The translations under genes were made by a program, and so were the position numbers. Shown piece by piece: positions 11,043 to 23,810 of a stretch of DNA of 64,000 bases. The DNA is from Callorhinchus milii (lineage: Eukaryota). The notes beneath the pieces are model-generated. The model saw nothing but the letters and a program-made list of their open reading frames with translations, made no database searches and was not told the origin of the DNA. Numbering within the stretch: position 1 is the first letter of the stretch; the number at the start of each line of letters is the position of its first letter. The DNA is taken from positions 15,068,001-15,132,000 of the forward strand of contig NW_024704758.1 in the NCBI RefSeq assembly GCF_018977255.1, given 5' to 3'.

Positions 11043-12295
11043 ATATTATAAGTTGTCTCAGCACCGGTGGTTAACTCTCTTTCCAAGACCTTGAAATTTA
11101 CTTAAAACCAAGCGTTAAGGGCTAACTCAAAGAACTCACTTAATTTGTCAAATTCCTGCGGATTTCTGCAGCGTGAACAAATAGTCTCAGAATCCAAGTT
11201 TAATGATTCAGTTTCCTGTAGGGGGCAGTCGATGTTTCTGTGATGCACAAGTTTATATCGAAACACTGAGCTAGGTTTGATCCCCACCATATGTATTCAT
11301 TGTGAGAAAGGGTCGCTGTGGATTTAATGATGAATGAATTAAAACGTTGTGACATTTTGTTAGCGTCTGATTGCTATAGGAGGCAGAGCAGGTGACTCAA
11401 TTCTAAAACTACTGATGTTTTTATTTCCGCCACTGTCAAGCACTCTGAAACGTTACCCCGCTTGAAGGGCGCAATGTAAACACAAGTTGCTGCTGCTGTT
11501 GTTGGAAGGAACGGGTTAAGCAAATAACCATATGTTTTACCCCCATCGTGAAACAGTTCATTCAGAGACGAAAAAAGGCAAATGGCAATAACTTTCCAAT
11601 TAAAGTTGCTTCATCAGCCCCATCGAGACTCTTGGTCTTCACACACTGTGGGTAATTTCTCCTGGGGGCTGTGATGTGCACGTTTTAATTATCTCGACCG
11701 AAAGTTTGGCTTGGAAGGGAGATGAGCATTGTTTGCTCTGCCCTTTAGAAGTGACTCGCGTCTACTTTAATATCTCGGGAAGTGGGAACAGGATCCACTT
11801 AAACTGCTTCCCGGAGGGAACCGAACAGCTTACCTGGTGGGAATATTATTGGAATCTATCAGCACGCAAGCAATGCAATACACGAGCAAGTGTTTTACGC
11901 TGTCACCACTCATCCTCTTAAGCACATTCGGAAAACCATGTCAAAGCCAGAAGACATTAATTCGAATAAAGATTCTGAGCAGAGGAGTATAATACCCAGA
12001 CTTAGTCACACTGGGATGATGTAAATTGAATGTACTAAAGGGTTGCTGAGCTAAATTGAACCGCTGTACGTTTGTTTTGGATATTTCCCAGTGCCTTTAG
12101 GTCGTTAGAGGAAGCTGCACATCTCCTCTGAAAGCCTTCCCATGATGGCTGATTGTTGTCAAGTAAGTTGGCTTGTGGGACGAGTTATCAGGTTAATAAG
12201 CAGGAGGGCAATTTAATGACTGGATCGTTAAGGTGGAAGCAGTGAATTCACAAGAAGAAATAATGCAAGCTTCCAGAGGAATGCCAAGCGAGGTG

Positions 12296-12360
12296 GACTA
12301 TCTTATAGAATGGTGGAACAGGCTCGAGGGGCTGAATGGCCTACTCCTGTTCCTATTTCC
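12296..12360 (+). mobile_element. CR1 3' UTR fragment
   Basis: tcttatagaatggtggaacaggctcgaggggctgaatggcctactcctgttcct, the same tail as 1-372. Confidence 0.85.
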
Positions 12361-12839
12361 GTATATCAGAGAGTCTGTCCTGCGCTTACTTCATGTGATG
12401 CTTATTTGTGTTCTGTCCGTTAACCCAGACCACACTTTGTTCACACCAGAGGAGTGTGTGTGTGTGTGTGTGTGTGTCTGTGGGGTGGGGGGGCGGGGCA
12501 GGTGGCATCATTAATATTAACACAGGCGTAAGGGCAGTTTAGCTTCCAAGGCTATTCAGGCGAGACTGAAAAAGATCTGCTGTCACTCACCCAAAGTATT
12601 TTTCTCTACCTTTAAAGCAGTAAAAGAATATTCAGAAGCTTGAAGCTCATTAAGTATGCAGAGCTCCACCATGGAAACCAGAAACCAAAAGCAAGAAAGA
12701 AAGGAACTTTTGAGAAGTCAGTGACAGAATCAAGCGAAATAGATCGAGCCCAAATACAGAGGACTTCAAAACCTGCACGTTAACTCTTTAGGCACTGCGT
12801 TTAATTTTGCCTGGTGTTAACCGTAAACCTCCCGTTTGA

Positions 12840-12972
12840 TGTAACACCTGAATCACGTCGCCACGTCTCAAAGCGCCTGACAGGAGATGCTGTAAAGTGG
12901 TGTGTCTTGTATATTTTGTGGGTGAAACGCGGCAGCCAATTTGCGCCCGGCAGAGTCCCATAAACAGCTGCG
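12840..12972 (-). mobile_element. Deu-body SINE 3' fragment
   Basis: Reversed ctgtttatgggactctgccgggcgcaaattggctgccgcgtttcacccacaaaatatac...gcgctttgagacg. Confidence 0.8.
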
Positions 12973-15024
12973 GAGTGAGGGAGGGGGCGAAGCATCATCG
13001 CAGACTGACCTGAAAGGGACAAAGACTGACTGAAAAGTGGGAATATTATGGTTTACAGTGTGGCGCTGGTCCGCTGTCTGTGGCACATCTCACTGTCAAT
13101 TTATTTGACAGGCCGTCTTCTCTCTGTGTTATCTCGCTGTCTTTTATCAGTCGAGTCTTGGGAAAAGCAACGTGTTTTCATGAAAAAGTTTGGGTTGCGG
13201 GTGATAAATCAGCCAGAGGAATGAATAACAGTGCTGTCCTTAAACCGGGGGCTGATCGCAAAAGCTGATTTGCTCTGCGCGGCCCAGAGTTTGTAGGTGT
13301 TTATCAGCCCAGCAGCTGTTGCTGACATTTATTTAGTCTCCTCTACGGCTGTACATTTTGATCCGCGCATCAAAATAATTGAATGTAATAACCCCAGAGG
13401 TGTACCGATCATAACATGAATTTAAATGCGGCTCAGAGCGCGCAAACAAGGATCTGGATGATTTATTTAGAACACCTTTTGCTTTTGAAACTCTTACCCA
13501 CTGTCGGAACCAAAGGCGTCTAAATCAAAACCGGGGCATTAACCCTTGAAATGCCGTGTACGATGAGATGCCCAGCTTTGTCTTTTCCGAGGTATAAAAT
13601 CAGTCGGGGTGGCTTGGGTAGGGGGAAAATCTCACCTTAATAATCCTTGCGTCACGCCTTTCACTGCAGGAGGACTTCTCAAATTACTTCACAGATTATA
13701 CTGTGGAGTGTAGTGACTGTATTTTGTCCCACAAACTGACAGCTGAGATCTCATGCTGTGACAAACTTATAATAATAGCTATTAAGTTGTTTCCTTTCCC
13801 TGAGAGAGCACAAAAAAATGAAGCCATGTCTTTGTCTTTAAAAGCTGCACTGTGGTTCACGTGATTGTGGTCAATGTTAGGATCCTTGGTTCCAGCCTTC
13901 GATCATGGAGTACCTAAAGGCAACAGGCCAAGTATTCAATGTGTCTAATTCCCCGTGCTAGCGAAATCAATGCTTTAATATCGCGGTGTGGCATTTGTAT
14001 TCATGAAGCCAATTATTTTGTGGGCTTGTGGTGCGCACAGCACTTAGGAAGTCCACCTGCATCCATCCATTCCTCACCTTGGGGCACTGAGTGAGTGCAT
14101 CTCTGGACATAATGCAATCGTAACAATCAGGCACAGGAAATCAATCAATATCTAATTATATCTAAAGGGCAAATAATCTGAGAGAGAGGGGGATCTTGTT
14201 ACCTTTCCAGTCTCTCATTTCTGCTCTTACGCCTTTGGGCTAAAGTTGTGTTGTTGCCGCGGTTGCCAACTCTGTCCTGGCCAACAACCCCACCAATAAA
14301 AATTGGTCATTCACTAAATGGCTATTTGCGAGACCAAAACACCCTCGCTCCACTTTACCATGTAACCTGTCAAGCTCTCGACATGAAAGGCCCTCTGCCA
14401 AACGTAAGGATCATTATTATTATTCCAATACAAATTTTTAGTATTATTATTAGAGGTAGAAAAGCAGCATTAAAGCCAACAGCCATCGCAACTTTTGCTT
14501 TATACAGAGCCTTTCAACAGACGCAACATTTCAAAGTAGTTGATGAATGCAATGGGAAATGAGAGGTTTATGAACCTTGCCCAAAGGCACAGTCAATAAG
14601 ATCCCGTACTGTTAATGACTTGGGAAGGCTATTCTGGCAAGATCTGAGTCTTTTTATTTTAGTTTTCAGTAATAGAACTAGGCTCCCCCAAACCCCGCCC
14701 CCCAGCGACTAGTGCACAATGCTGAGGCTCTAATGATTTTCATCAGGGAAGTGTATACATTTGTTGCTGTAATTAATCTTTCCCCCAAAAAACACATTCG
14801 CAAGTAACAAATCCATCAATCGAGCTTAAATAATTCAACACTAAAGTTCATCGAATCTGAGACCATCCATCCATCTGACTATAATTGACTCCTTGCCTCT
14901 GGTCGGGCTGCAATCTTGAAATGTTTCCGAACATCTAAACTCAGGGCAAGTTTCAGAAAACACAGGAAGCAATATCACCTTCATGTTAGCAAAAGGTCTT
15001 TTTCCCCCACCCCATTCACTTCCA

Positions 15025-15425
15025 ACAACAAGTTACATTTACACGGTGCCTTTCACATCAGGAGGATGTCCCAAGGCACTGGACAGTCAGGGATTTAGAC
15101 TTCAGCCGGGGTTTGGGATCGGTGGGTGGGGGGTTGTGATGGAGGGCAGTGAGGGTAGGGATAGGAGGTTGAATGAAGGCATGGTCGAAGAGGAGGGTCT
15201 TGAGATGTGCCTTGAAAGAGGAAGGGAGGGAGGTGAAAGGACTACGGGATGGAGTTCCAAAGGGTTTGGTCAGAGAGGCTAAAGGCCTGACTGACAATGG
15301 TGGGGCCTTACCCAGGTCATTCCCAAGAAAGCTCGATGTTAGGTGCCTGAAGTGGGAAACAACAACAACAACAACAAGATTCCATTTATTGAGCGCCTTT
15401 CACGTCAGGAGGACGTCCCAAGTGC
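15025..15425 (-). mobile_element. L2-clade LINE 3' fragment (15025-15305) plus a second L2-type tail (15360-15425)
   Basis: The minus strand encodes SLPSSFKAHLKTLLFDHAF (L2 ORF2 end), followed by tail ccttgggacatcctcctgatgtgaaaggcaccgtgtaaatgtaacttgttgtt. Confidence 0.85.
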
Positions 15426-16349
15426 TCGTTTTCTCAGAAATATTATTTATCGTGACTTCAGTGAGTGCAAAATTGACGACGGGGGTGGAAGGGAGGGAGG
15501 AAGAAAGAAAGAAAATATACAAAGTGATGTGTAACTTTCCTTTAACATATTTGGCCCTTTATTCCTCGGCAAAACGGAACAAATCACAGGTACATTAGGT
15601 GTCAGAACAAATTACCGCCCAAGCATTTTTATTGTGCTGCTCCCACTCTAATTTGATGTAGATGTTCCCAGATACTTCCATTGTGTAGCTGCCATCTGCC
15701 AGCCTACACATTGCACTCAGCACACAGATGATGTGATGTGTTTCTGCTGTCAAAAGCATCAGTCTCCTGAACGTATGAATTACAGTGTATATATATATAT
15801 ATTTAGTTGTCATTTTATGGGAAGACCATTCCTTGGAGCTTAGCTTTGTTCCGTATGTAATTGTGCTAGCGAATGCTGTGACGAGCTCAATGGCCATTTC
15901 CCAGGGAAGCGCATTTATCTCTACAGTGTTCTCTCAACTGCAGCCTCGGGTCCACTCCATTATAAGAAGCGGGAGTGTGTTCTCAACCACAGTGACTGAA
16001 ATAGACTGTTTCCACTTCATTTCCACAAATGGTCCATTCAGCCAACCAGCGTTGACTTGTCTCTATAAAAGTAATGGAAGAGCAGCTCTATGCTTGGGTT
16101 CCATTTATCTCTTGCTGTGTCTTATTTCAATCTTCCGCCCACATCCCCCCCCCACCACCCACCATCCAGCAAGTCACTGAACGATTGAATATGGAACAGT
16201 GTCAGATTCAAGCAAATTGTTAATATTTCTACATTGTCTGGTTACCCGACAGCCCAGTGGGAGAGGGGGTTGATTTGTTTTTTTGCCTCTTTTAGTTCAT
16301 GTGATTCAGATCTCACTCCCACTTGGCTCCACATTGATTCTTTGACCTC

Positions 16350-16712
16350 ACATAGTCTTGGCTGATGCTCCAGTGCAGGGCTGGGAGGACAAAGCTGATT
16401 GTCAGAGGTGCCGTCCTACGGATGAGACTTTAAATCAAAGTTTTAGTCTGTGTCAGATCAAGTGGATGTTAAAGTTCCCACGGCACGATTCAAAAAAAGA
16501 AGGGAATTTCTTTCCAATGTCCTGGCTTACAGTCCCCCAGGTCCTTTACGTCACGGCTGTTTGTAGGACATTGCTACATATGCATTAGCTGATGTGTTTC
16601 CCTACAAAACGCACGGTCACTACACTTTCCAGAAAATCCTGTGAAACGCTTTGTGTTTCAATGGCGTGCGAAGGCGCTAATTAAATGCAAGGATTGTTGG
16701 TATGTTATTATT
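16350..16712 (+). mobile_element. DeuSINE-type family B, 5'-truncated
   Basis: gtcagaggtgccgtcctacggatgagactttaaatc core, then ggctgtttgtaggacattgct body and tail. Confidence 0.8.
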
Positions 16713-17445
16713 AAAAAGGTCTCACAGGCTAAAACCAGTTGGAATTCAGGACCTTGTCTGCGTTCAATGCTGGTCGGAATTAGATTTATTTTTCCAATTA
16801 AGCAATTCGAGACTATCCATGCATGTGGGAATATTAGATACACAGGAACAGCTTCAGAAGTCATTGCAAATGCTTTGTTTTGCCAAATCTAGCAAAGCCA
16901 GTATCCTGTTAGCCACCGTCCGCACAGGATAAAACGAATCCATCATTTAAAACTTAAACACAAACAGCGATCGAATGTGCAACCCTCAAATGCAAATGAC
17001 AACCTTTTACTGGAATTTCCTGCTCGGAAACTCGGTAAACTATTGAACCACAAATCCACCGCTTTCCATCTGGATTAACTTTCCGCGAGCAGCACATGCA
17101 AAGTGAAAAGACTTTATGCCAGGGTGGAGTTAACCTAAGTGATGATTACAGATCTGATCTGCTGTAAAACTAATCTGAATGAATTCCCGTGATCTCTCTC
17201 TCTGTCTCTATCTCTCTCTGTCTGCCTCTTTCTTCCACACCCCCCCCCACTCCATAATTGTCGTGTCCCCCCACCCACCACCCCGTCCCCCCGCCCCCGA
17301 CCTAAAAGTGCTAACCGCACTGAAATACAAGGTGGAATTTTAATAATTTGTATGTGTTTGCTGGGTATTTTGCTCCCAAATGAACAATCTGTTTCCATCC
17401 TACCACAGTCGATGTTGTTCCCGATAGTTTGCATGGTTGTATCCT

Positions 17446-17556
17446 TATAATAATAATCCTTGCATTTGATACAGCTCCTTATCACGTCTTCGAGACGTCT
17501 CAAAGAGCTTCACAGAATACACTCTAAAGCGAATTGACTGTATATTTTGTGGGCGA
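17446..17556 (-). mobile_element. SINE family A, 3' fragment
   Basis: taataataatccttgcatttgatacagctccttatcacgtcttcgagacgtctcaaag. Confidence 0.88.
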
Positions 17557-18269
17557 ATCAAAATATGAAAGGCATGGACTATTTACTAGATTAAGATTTC
17601 AGTCAGATAACAATTATCAGGCTCATTTGCAATGAACCCATTTATTCCAGTGACCTCTCTCTCTGTCTCTGTCTCTCTCTGTCTGCCAAAGGAACAAATT
17701 GCTCCCACAAGTGACAATAAAATGAGATCTGAAATTCCAAGAGCTTTTCAGTTAGTCTTACGTTTTGGATTCCATCCACTCACTTACATGAGCGGATGTG
17801 CTAAATGCACAGTAATAAGACGTTTTGCAGTCTATACACTCACTGGGAGGATTCCAGTGTTAATCTCTTCCATTCTTCATCTGTTTACCAGAGTCTAGGC
17901 AGTGCAAATATCATACTCTAAGCTCTTTAAGTAGACCTAAGCAGTCCTATTATCGCAAGTCTAAAACGGCATATTTCTAAATAAATTAGTGTCATTTATA
18001 TGTCCTTGTAAATGTGGTTCCCTGATAAGTGTATTAGAAATTGTAAGGAAAAGAAATGGAGATGGAGAGGAGTTACCATGTTAAATTGCAAGGTTACTGC
18101 CCGTCGAATAAGAGGCACATCTGAATTCTCATCTGCATTCCTGGTGGATATTGACTGTTTCGAATACCAAGTGGAACAAGCAGCAGATGTAATACCATTG
18201 CCACAGCCAACATTCTTGCTCCACTGCCTTTGGTTTCCAAAGCTCCAAAAGGTAACTGAGGTGCTCCAC

Positions 18270-18460
18270 TTAATGCTGAGTGTCTCACCTTTAAACCCCT
18301 CTCCCCCGCAGTCACACCCTAACCTACCTCTGTGACCTCCTTCGACCCTACTGACCTCAATGAGCCTGCTTCATGTCCCCTGCTCTATCCACCCCACAAT
18401 CGGAAACCTTGCTCTCAGTTTATCAATGCCCCGCTGTCAGGAACTCTATCTCAGGGTCTC
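18270..18460 (+). mobile_element. Degenerate L2 ORF2 3' fragment
   Basis: ctacctctgtgacctcct...cctgcttcatgtccc...ccccacaatcgg...ggaactctat parallels the L2 copy at 59012-59505. Confidence 0.5.
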
Positions 18461-19671
18461 TCTGACTTCATTCTGGGATGTTAGTTTCTAATGTTCTTTA
18501 TATTAAGATTAATTCAGATGAAGAAGCCTTCTGCTCGCCCCACTGTCTGATCTTCAAACTTTTTTTTAAATGATTCTCAGTGTCCTGGTCTCAACCACCC
18601 CACTTTGTGGTAACCGGTTCCAGCCGTTAATTAGCCTCTGAAGGTAAAGGAAGGCTTCCACTGTGGTATCTGTCCTGAAATTGCCAATCGCAACTCTAAA
18701 CCTGTGGCTTCATGTTCCACTGTCCTGGGGCTTGGTTAGGAAATTCAAGTGACAAATTTTAAGGCAAAATAATCTGACAGGGATATTTTAACCCCCCGGG
18801 GTGGTGATTGCTAGCCAATTGTGCAGTATAACAATTTGTGGTGGTCTAAAGGAGGATTAGGAGGTGTCAGACTGGAGCGTGGACCCTGACTTTCTTGTGT
18901 GTTTAGCTTGTTGGATGGGCACAAACTCTTTGCTATTATTCTGCATTCTCACCTCTTTCATTGTCCCTTTGGACCACAGAGATGCAGTGATTCATCTGCT
19001 CTTTATTACGGGAATAAAGAGCCCCTTATCTGCTAATGTCCTGTCAAACCTCTCTGCATTACACACTGCTTGACTTTAATTCCTTGCTTTGTGAGATGGT
19101 ACTTTCCTGGAGTTAAGGAAATGATTGAAGTTCATTCAGTTGCAGACTTTAAACATTTTATTACTCCCTGATTGAAACCAGGAGATAGATATTTTGCTGC
19201 TGTCACAATCAAGCTCACCGGCAACTCTAAAGGTTTAGAGGCTGAAGGATGCAGCTCAGATTGAACGTAGATTTCATTTCTGAAGATACATTCAGCTTCA
19301 GATAAACGTTTAATTGGTCTCTGAATAAATTTGACCCAAGTCTAGACTGACAGTATACCAACGCTGCTCCTACTTTTCCTCCCACTCACATGAAAACACC
19401 TGATATGATGTATCAAGTGATACAAGAGCACCCGAGCACAATATGTGAACGTAGAATTCTGCTCCAAGCATAATATTGTTTTCTAATTCTGTTTAATTCA
19501 ACACAATAAATCCACTGCAACATTTTCTACACAGAAATAGCCTTGGCTGCTGCAAGCCTAATCAGCTATGTACTGTATGCATGTTAATTGTTGTTAATTA
19601 TTATTTAGGTTCACTGGTGGAATGAACGCAAATGATGAAATGGATTGGGGTGCGGAATTAAATAAGGATGG

Positions 19672-19965
19672 GATAATAATAATCCTTGTATTTAATATAG
19701 CACCTTATCATGTATTCTAGATGTCTGAAAGCACTTTACAGAATATACTGTCGAGTGAATTGACTGTATATTTTGCGGGCGAAACGTGGCAGCCAACAGC
19801 ACACAGTAGCGTCCCACAGACAGTCGTGGATTGAGTGACCAAATGGGATGGGATCTTTAACAGCCAACTGAACAGGCAGATGAGAGCTCAGTTTAACATC
19901 CCATCCAAGATGTTGACACTCTCCTAATCTCGCTTCTTGTAAGATTCTCTCTCCTTTTCCAGCAC
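19672..19965 (-). mobile_element. Family A 3' half abutting a family B Deu-core fragment
   Basis: Reversed tail and body to about 19842, then atgggatctttaacagccaactgaacaggcagatg...gtttaacatcccatccaag. Confidence 0.8.
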
Positions 19966-21120
19966 TGATGGCGTTCAGACAACCCAGGATTACCATTTAG
20001 AGAAACAGGAGTCCTCAAGACAGTGACGTCTATTAGCATTGCTCTGATGTCGGTAATGGGGAGAGACCTCAGGACTTGCAGAAAGTCAGGAACAATAAGG
20101 TTACGAGTTTCTTTCAGGTATGGAATTCCTAATGGGAGATTTCTCTTCATGGCGATACGTGTGTTTGATTGGCAAGGTCGAGCAATGTTTGTTCTATACA
20201 AGTTTCCTTTATTTTCTTCAGCTCATAATTAGAAAGTCGGAAAGAATGCCATCATGAAATGATCGGAGTTTAATAGAGCATGAGATTATTACTGGTCACC
20301 CCCTCCCTGACCTGCGGGTTACCGTTGAATTAGAATGGTATGAGAGTGAGGAGTGTACTTTTCTCACCAGGATGAGAAGGGGATTGAGAATCCCGTGCAA
20401 AGACTGAGATGCTCCCCTTTTTAAATGCTTTGTATCGTTCTTATTTACGATCTCAGTGCCGGAGCTAACATCAAATTAAACTCGAACCCTAAACGGTAAC
20501 CAGTATATTCTGTGAGGCGCTTGCTCTCACGTTAGTTGGCATATCTAATATCAGAGATGGAGAGATGGGCTGAAAGCCATTGACTTGAGCAACTCCTCAA
20601 AGTAAACAACTTACAAAAGTAATCGAAGTTACTGACTGCACAATCCCTGACCGTCAAATGAGACATCCCCCCCGGGGAGAACGTTTGGACTGTAGCGCAG
20701 AGTCAGATAATAGTTGATTTAGGTGTTAAATTGACCATTTGAAAGAACTTTAGGCCACAGCAAAAAAAAGGTCATGTGTTGCCATGGTATTCAATTGACG
20801 AGCTCTCCTGGGCGAGATCAGATGTTGCTGCTTTTTATGCATACAATTGACACCCTGCCTGGAGCTGGCCAGGCACGATAAGGGGAAGAAGGACTGTGTG
20901 TTGCAAAGCTACCGTTTCCCCCTGACAAAGGAAAACACAATTTCACATGTTGCCTGCCTTCCTCCTGGCCGGCCATCTCACACCATTTGTTGAGACGAAG
21001 TGTGAAAGTCAAGGAACCTCAACACTTCTCTCTTTTTGTTTTTGGTGTAGGGGGAAGGGGGAGAGGAGGTGAAGGGGGGAGGGGAAAGCTTTCGGATTTT
21101 CCTGTGGTTAACCTTCACAG

Positions 21121-21171
21121 AGCTTTGTGTCCCACGTGCAAAAAAGACACTGACCTTCAAAGCTTGGAAAG
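21121..21171 (+). other. Candidate 51-nt exon of an unidentified host gene
   Basis: Acceptor ggttaaccttcacag| and consensus donor AAG|gtgagt; length divisible by 3; two open frames (ALCPTCKKDTDLQSLE and LCVPRAKKTLTFKAWK). No homology recognised, and the polypyrimidine tract is mediocre. Confidence 0.3.
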
Positions 21172-21539
21172 GTGAGTTTTATCTTTGTTTGCTCACCGTA
21201 CAGTCATTAAACATTAAGCCTCTTATGTGCCTTCACTTCAGGTGGACACAGAGTGTCTCACAAATCTATTTGGATAACGGCATCGGTTGTTATTTGACTA
21301 CATGTAAAGCCGAATGCTGCATATTCACATTTAACATCCCAGCAGAAGAGATAATTAAAAGCCAATTTGATGTCAGGCCTTGATCCCCTTTGTCATTTGT
21401 TCTCGTTCCATCGGGCGATGAAACAGCAACAGGCTTAGAAACAGGAAAGCCCAGAGTCGACTTGTCCTGTCTGTTTCTGACTCTTTTCAACAGATATCAG
21501 TTTGAGCTAGAGCGACAAACACACAGAGCCTGTAATAAC

Positions 21540-21770
21540 TGATTGTGTACTTTTATAGGCAAATACGTAGCTTAATTTGCACACGCAATCTCCCACAAAC
21601 AGCCATGAGGTGGGTGACCCATCTAATCTGGGGTCTCTTGAGCCAGGACACTGGGAGAACTTCCTTCGCTTTTCCAATAGTGCCACAGGATCTTGAACAT
21701 CCATCACAACAGCCAACAGTATTGGTTTAACTCCTCATCCGAAGGATGACAGCTCAGACAAGCAACACTC
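21540..21770 (-). mobile_element. DeuSINE-type family B fragment
   Basis: gccaggacactgggagaact...aatagtgccacaggatctt...ggtttaactcctcatccgaaggatg is the reversed Deu core. Confidence 0.75.
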
Positions 21771-22033
21771 CCCATATCTTCTAAGAACGACGAGCACGAT
21801 TTTCCAAAGTGTGTACAGAATAAGGCAAACCTTATAAACACCTGGTAAAGGTCCCAGCGGCAGCTACATTGAACAGCTGTTGTGATATTCTTCCATCCTC
21901 TTTTGCAAACGGAGATATGGAAGTAAACAAATCAGGTACTTAGTTGGGAAGGCAATAGGTCATTGGGGTCTCAGATCAGTTTGGCGAAACGCAAAATTAT
22001 TCCCAAAAGTTACAAGCTCCACCGACCAAACCC

Positions 22034-22197
22034 ACAGTCACTACACTTTACCGTAAATAGTGTGAAACGCTTTGAGACGGCGACCTCCTGACATGAAAGG
22101 TGATGTATCAAACGCAACAATAAAATTACATTTGTATAGTGCCTTTCACATCGGGAGGACGTCCCAAGATGCTGAAATGCAAGGATTGATATTATTC
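22034..22197. mobile_element. Tail-to-tail SINE/L2 tail fragments forming a fold-back
   Basis: Plus-strand tail 22071-22117, then a reversed L2-type tail 22126-22168, then a residual aaatgcaaggatt. Confidence 0.75.
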
Positions 22198-22785
22198 TTA
22201 TCAACTAATTCCTGTCCTACATCACGTCGTAAGAAAATGAGGGAGAGGAGGGTATCACTCATTCAGAACTCACATTCTGTTGTAATTCAGACAACTGTCT
22301 GAGTTCCATTGTAATTATTGTGATGGAGTGACTTACCTAACGAATTGACTCAAATCTGTGATTGCACCGACTTAAGTTTTCGATAGATCCACGGCACCGT
22401 GATTAGAGACATTTAAGATCAGCATTTGGCAGGTAAGACTTTCTTTTCATATGTCAACAATGAAGCCCTCCATATAACAATAACAAACTTCAAGCATCGC
22501 CAATTGCATCCAATTTACTGGGAGCTCACCAACAATCTGCCTTGATTGTATTTTCACTGGTTTGGATGATTGTGTATTGGAGCTACTCAATGATCGTGTA
22601 CAGAGAGGAAATGGTGCTGAATTGGACAATAATTGCAAGGTCTTAATTGATTACTGTGGTTGTCCTTTTATGTGGTGTTTCAGTGAGAGGCAGTGTGTGT
22701 TCCTTGGGTTGCCTGGGAAAGGCTGCAGACTCCAGTGCTGTCCTCCTGTCTGCTTTCAAGGAGCTGAAAGCTAAGGCTTAGCTAT

Positions 22786-23010
22786 AATAATAATAATCCT
22801 CCTTGCAGTTGATATAGCGCCTTGTCACGACTTCGCGATGTCTCAGAGTGCTTCACAGATTATACGGTAAAGTAAATTGACTGTACATTTTGTTTTGGGT
22901 GGGGTGGAGGGGAGAGAGTTGACCAAAAGAGTGGTCAAAGAAGTATTTGAATGTGAGGAGGGAGGTGGGTGAATCAGAGGCACTCCAGGATGGAGTTTCA
23001 GAGGGCAGAG
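22786..23010 (-). mobile_element. SINE A tail (22786-22892) followed by an L2 ORF2-end remnant
   Basis: Reversed tail; the minus strand then reads LLTFKYFFDHSFG, resembling L2 FKxxLKTxLFDxAFG. Confidence 0.65.
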
Positions 23011-23689
23011 TGGGGGCAGTGTGGGGGCGGAGTGGTTGAAAGTTCATCCACCTTGGTCGTCTGAATCGTTGGATGTATTAAGAGAATGTCGTTCCCCTCG
23101 CTGTCTTGCCCGCTGAATTTATTTGTCACGAGCCGAAACCACCTTTTTATGAAGAAACAGAGGGTGGACAAAGGTTCTGCAAAAATGGTACTATCTTAAT
23201 AAATAAACGGCTTGTGGTAAAGATGAAAGGCAAAACAGATCAAAAGAGCCACATCAAATGCCCGTCTAGTTAAAGACAGAAGATAACATAGCTAACCCTT
23301 TGCTTCCTGCTTGTTTTAAGTTTCCAAGTACTTATTAGCTTAAAGTAGATTCAAACTGTGTGTAAAAGGTTTCAAGTGATATTTGTTCTGATGAGTGGAG
23401 GGAGTTGGATTCCCCTCTCTGTTTGTTTTTCACTTTCCCTTGGAGGGTTTTCACAAAGTCTGATCTGACAACTCGTTCACGGTTAATTGGGCAAAACCAC
23501 TTTGAACTCGAAATCAATGTTGACACTCCAATGGTGTAGGTTTGAGCTAATGCGCACCGCAATAAGGAGGGTATTATTTTTATTTTGAATACTCTGTGTA
23601 ACAAAGTAATAACCCCTTGTGTCCAAATAGTTCCAGTGTCGGAAACATAGGAAGTGAAAGAACCCTCCAATGTGCTAACGCTGTCGGGA

Positions 23690-23810
23690 AGCGCCACTGA
23701 TTTGCGCAGGATGTGACATCGGCTGTACTTCCTGCTGCGTGTTTGCCGTGCAGGAAGTGACATCAGTAATCTGATGACCAGGTCATACTGACCATCGGCC
23801 ATTTTTTTTT
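23690..23810. promoter_or_regulatory. Candidate cis-regulatory motif cluster
   Basis: 15-nt direct repeat gcagga(t/a)gtgacatc at 23706 and 23750; inverted ETS-like acttcctgc/gcaggaagt; palindrome atgaccaggtcat; YY1-like cggccatttt. Confidence 0.4.

Noticed and set aside
22395..22438. Possible exon ending CAG|gtaaga
   Set aside because: Upstream acceptor is poor and nothing else supports it.
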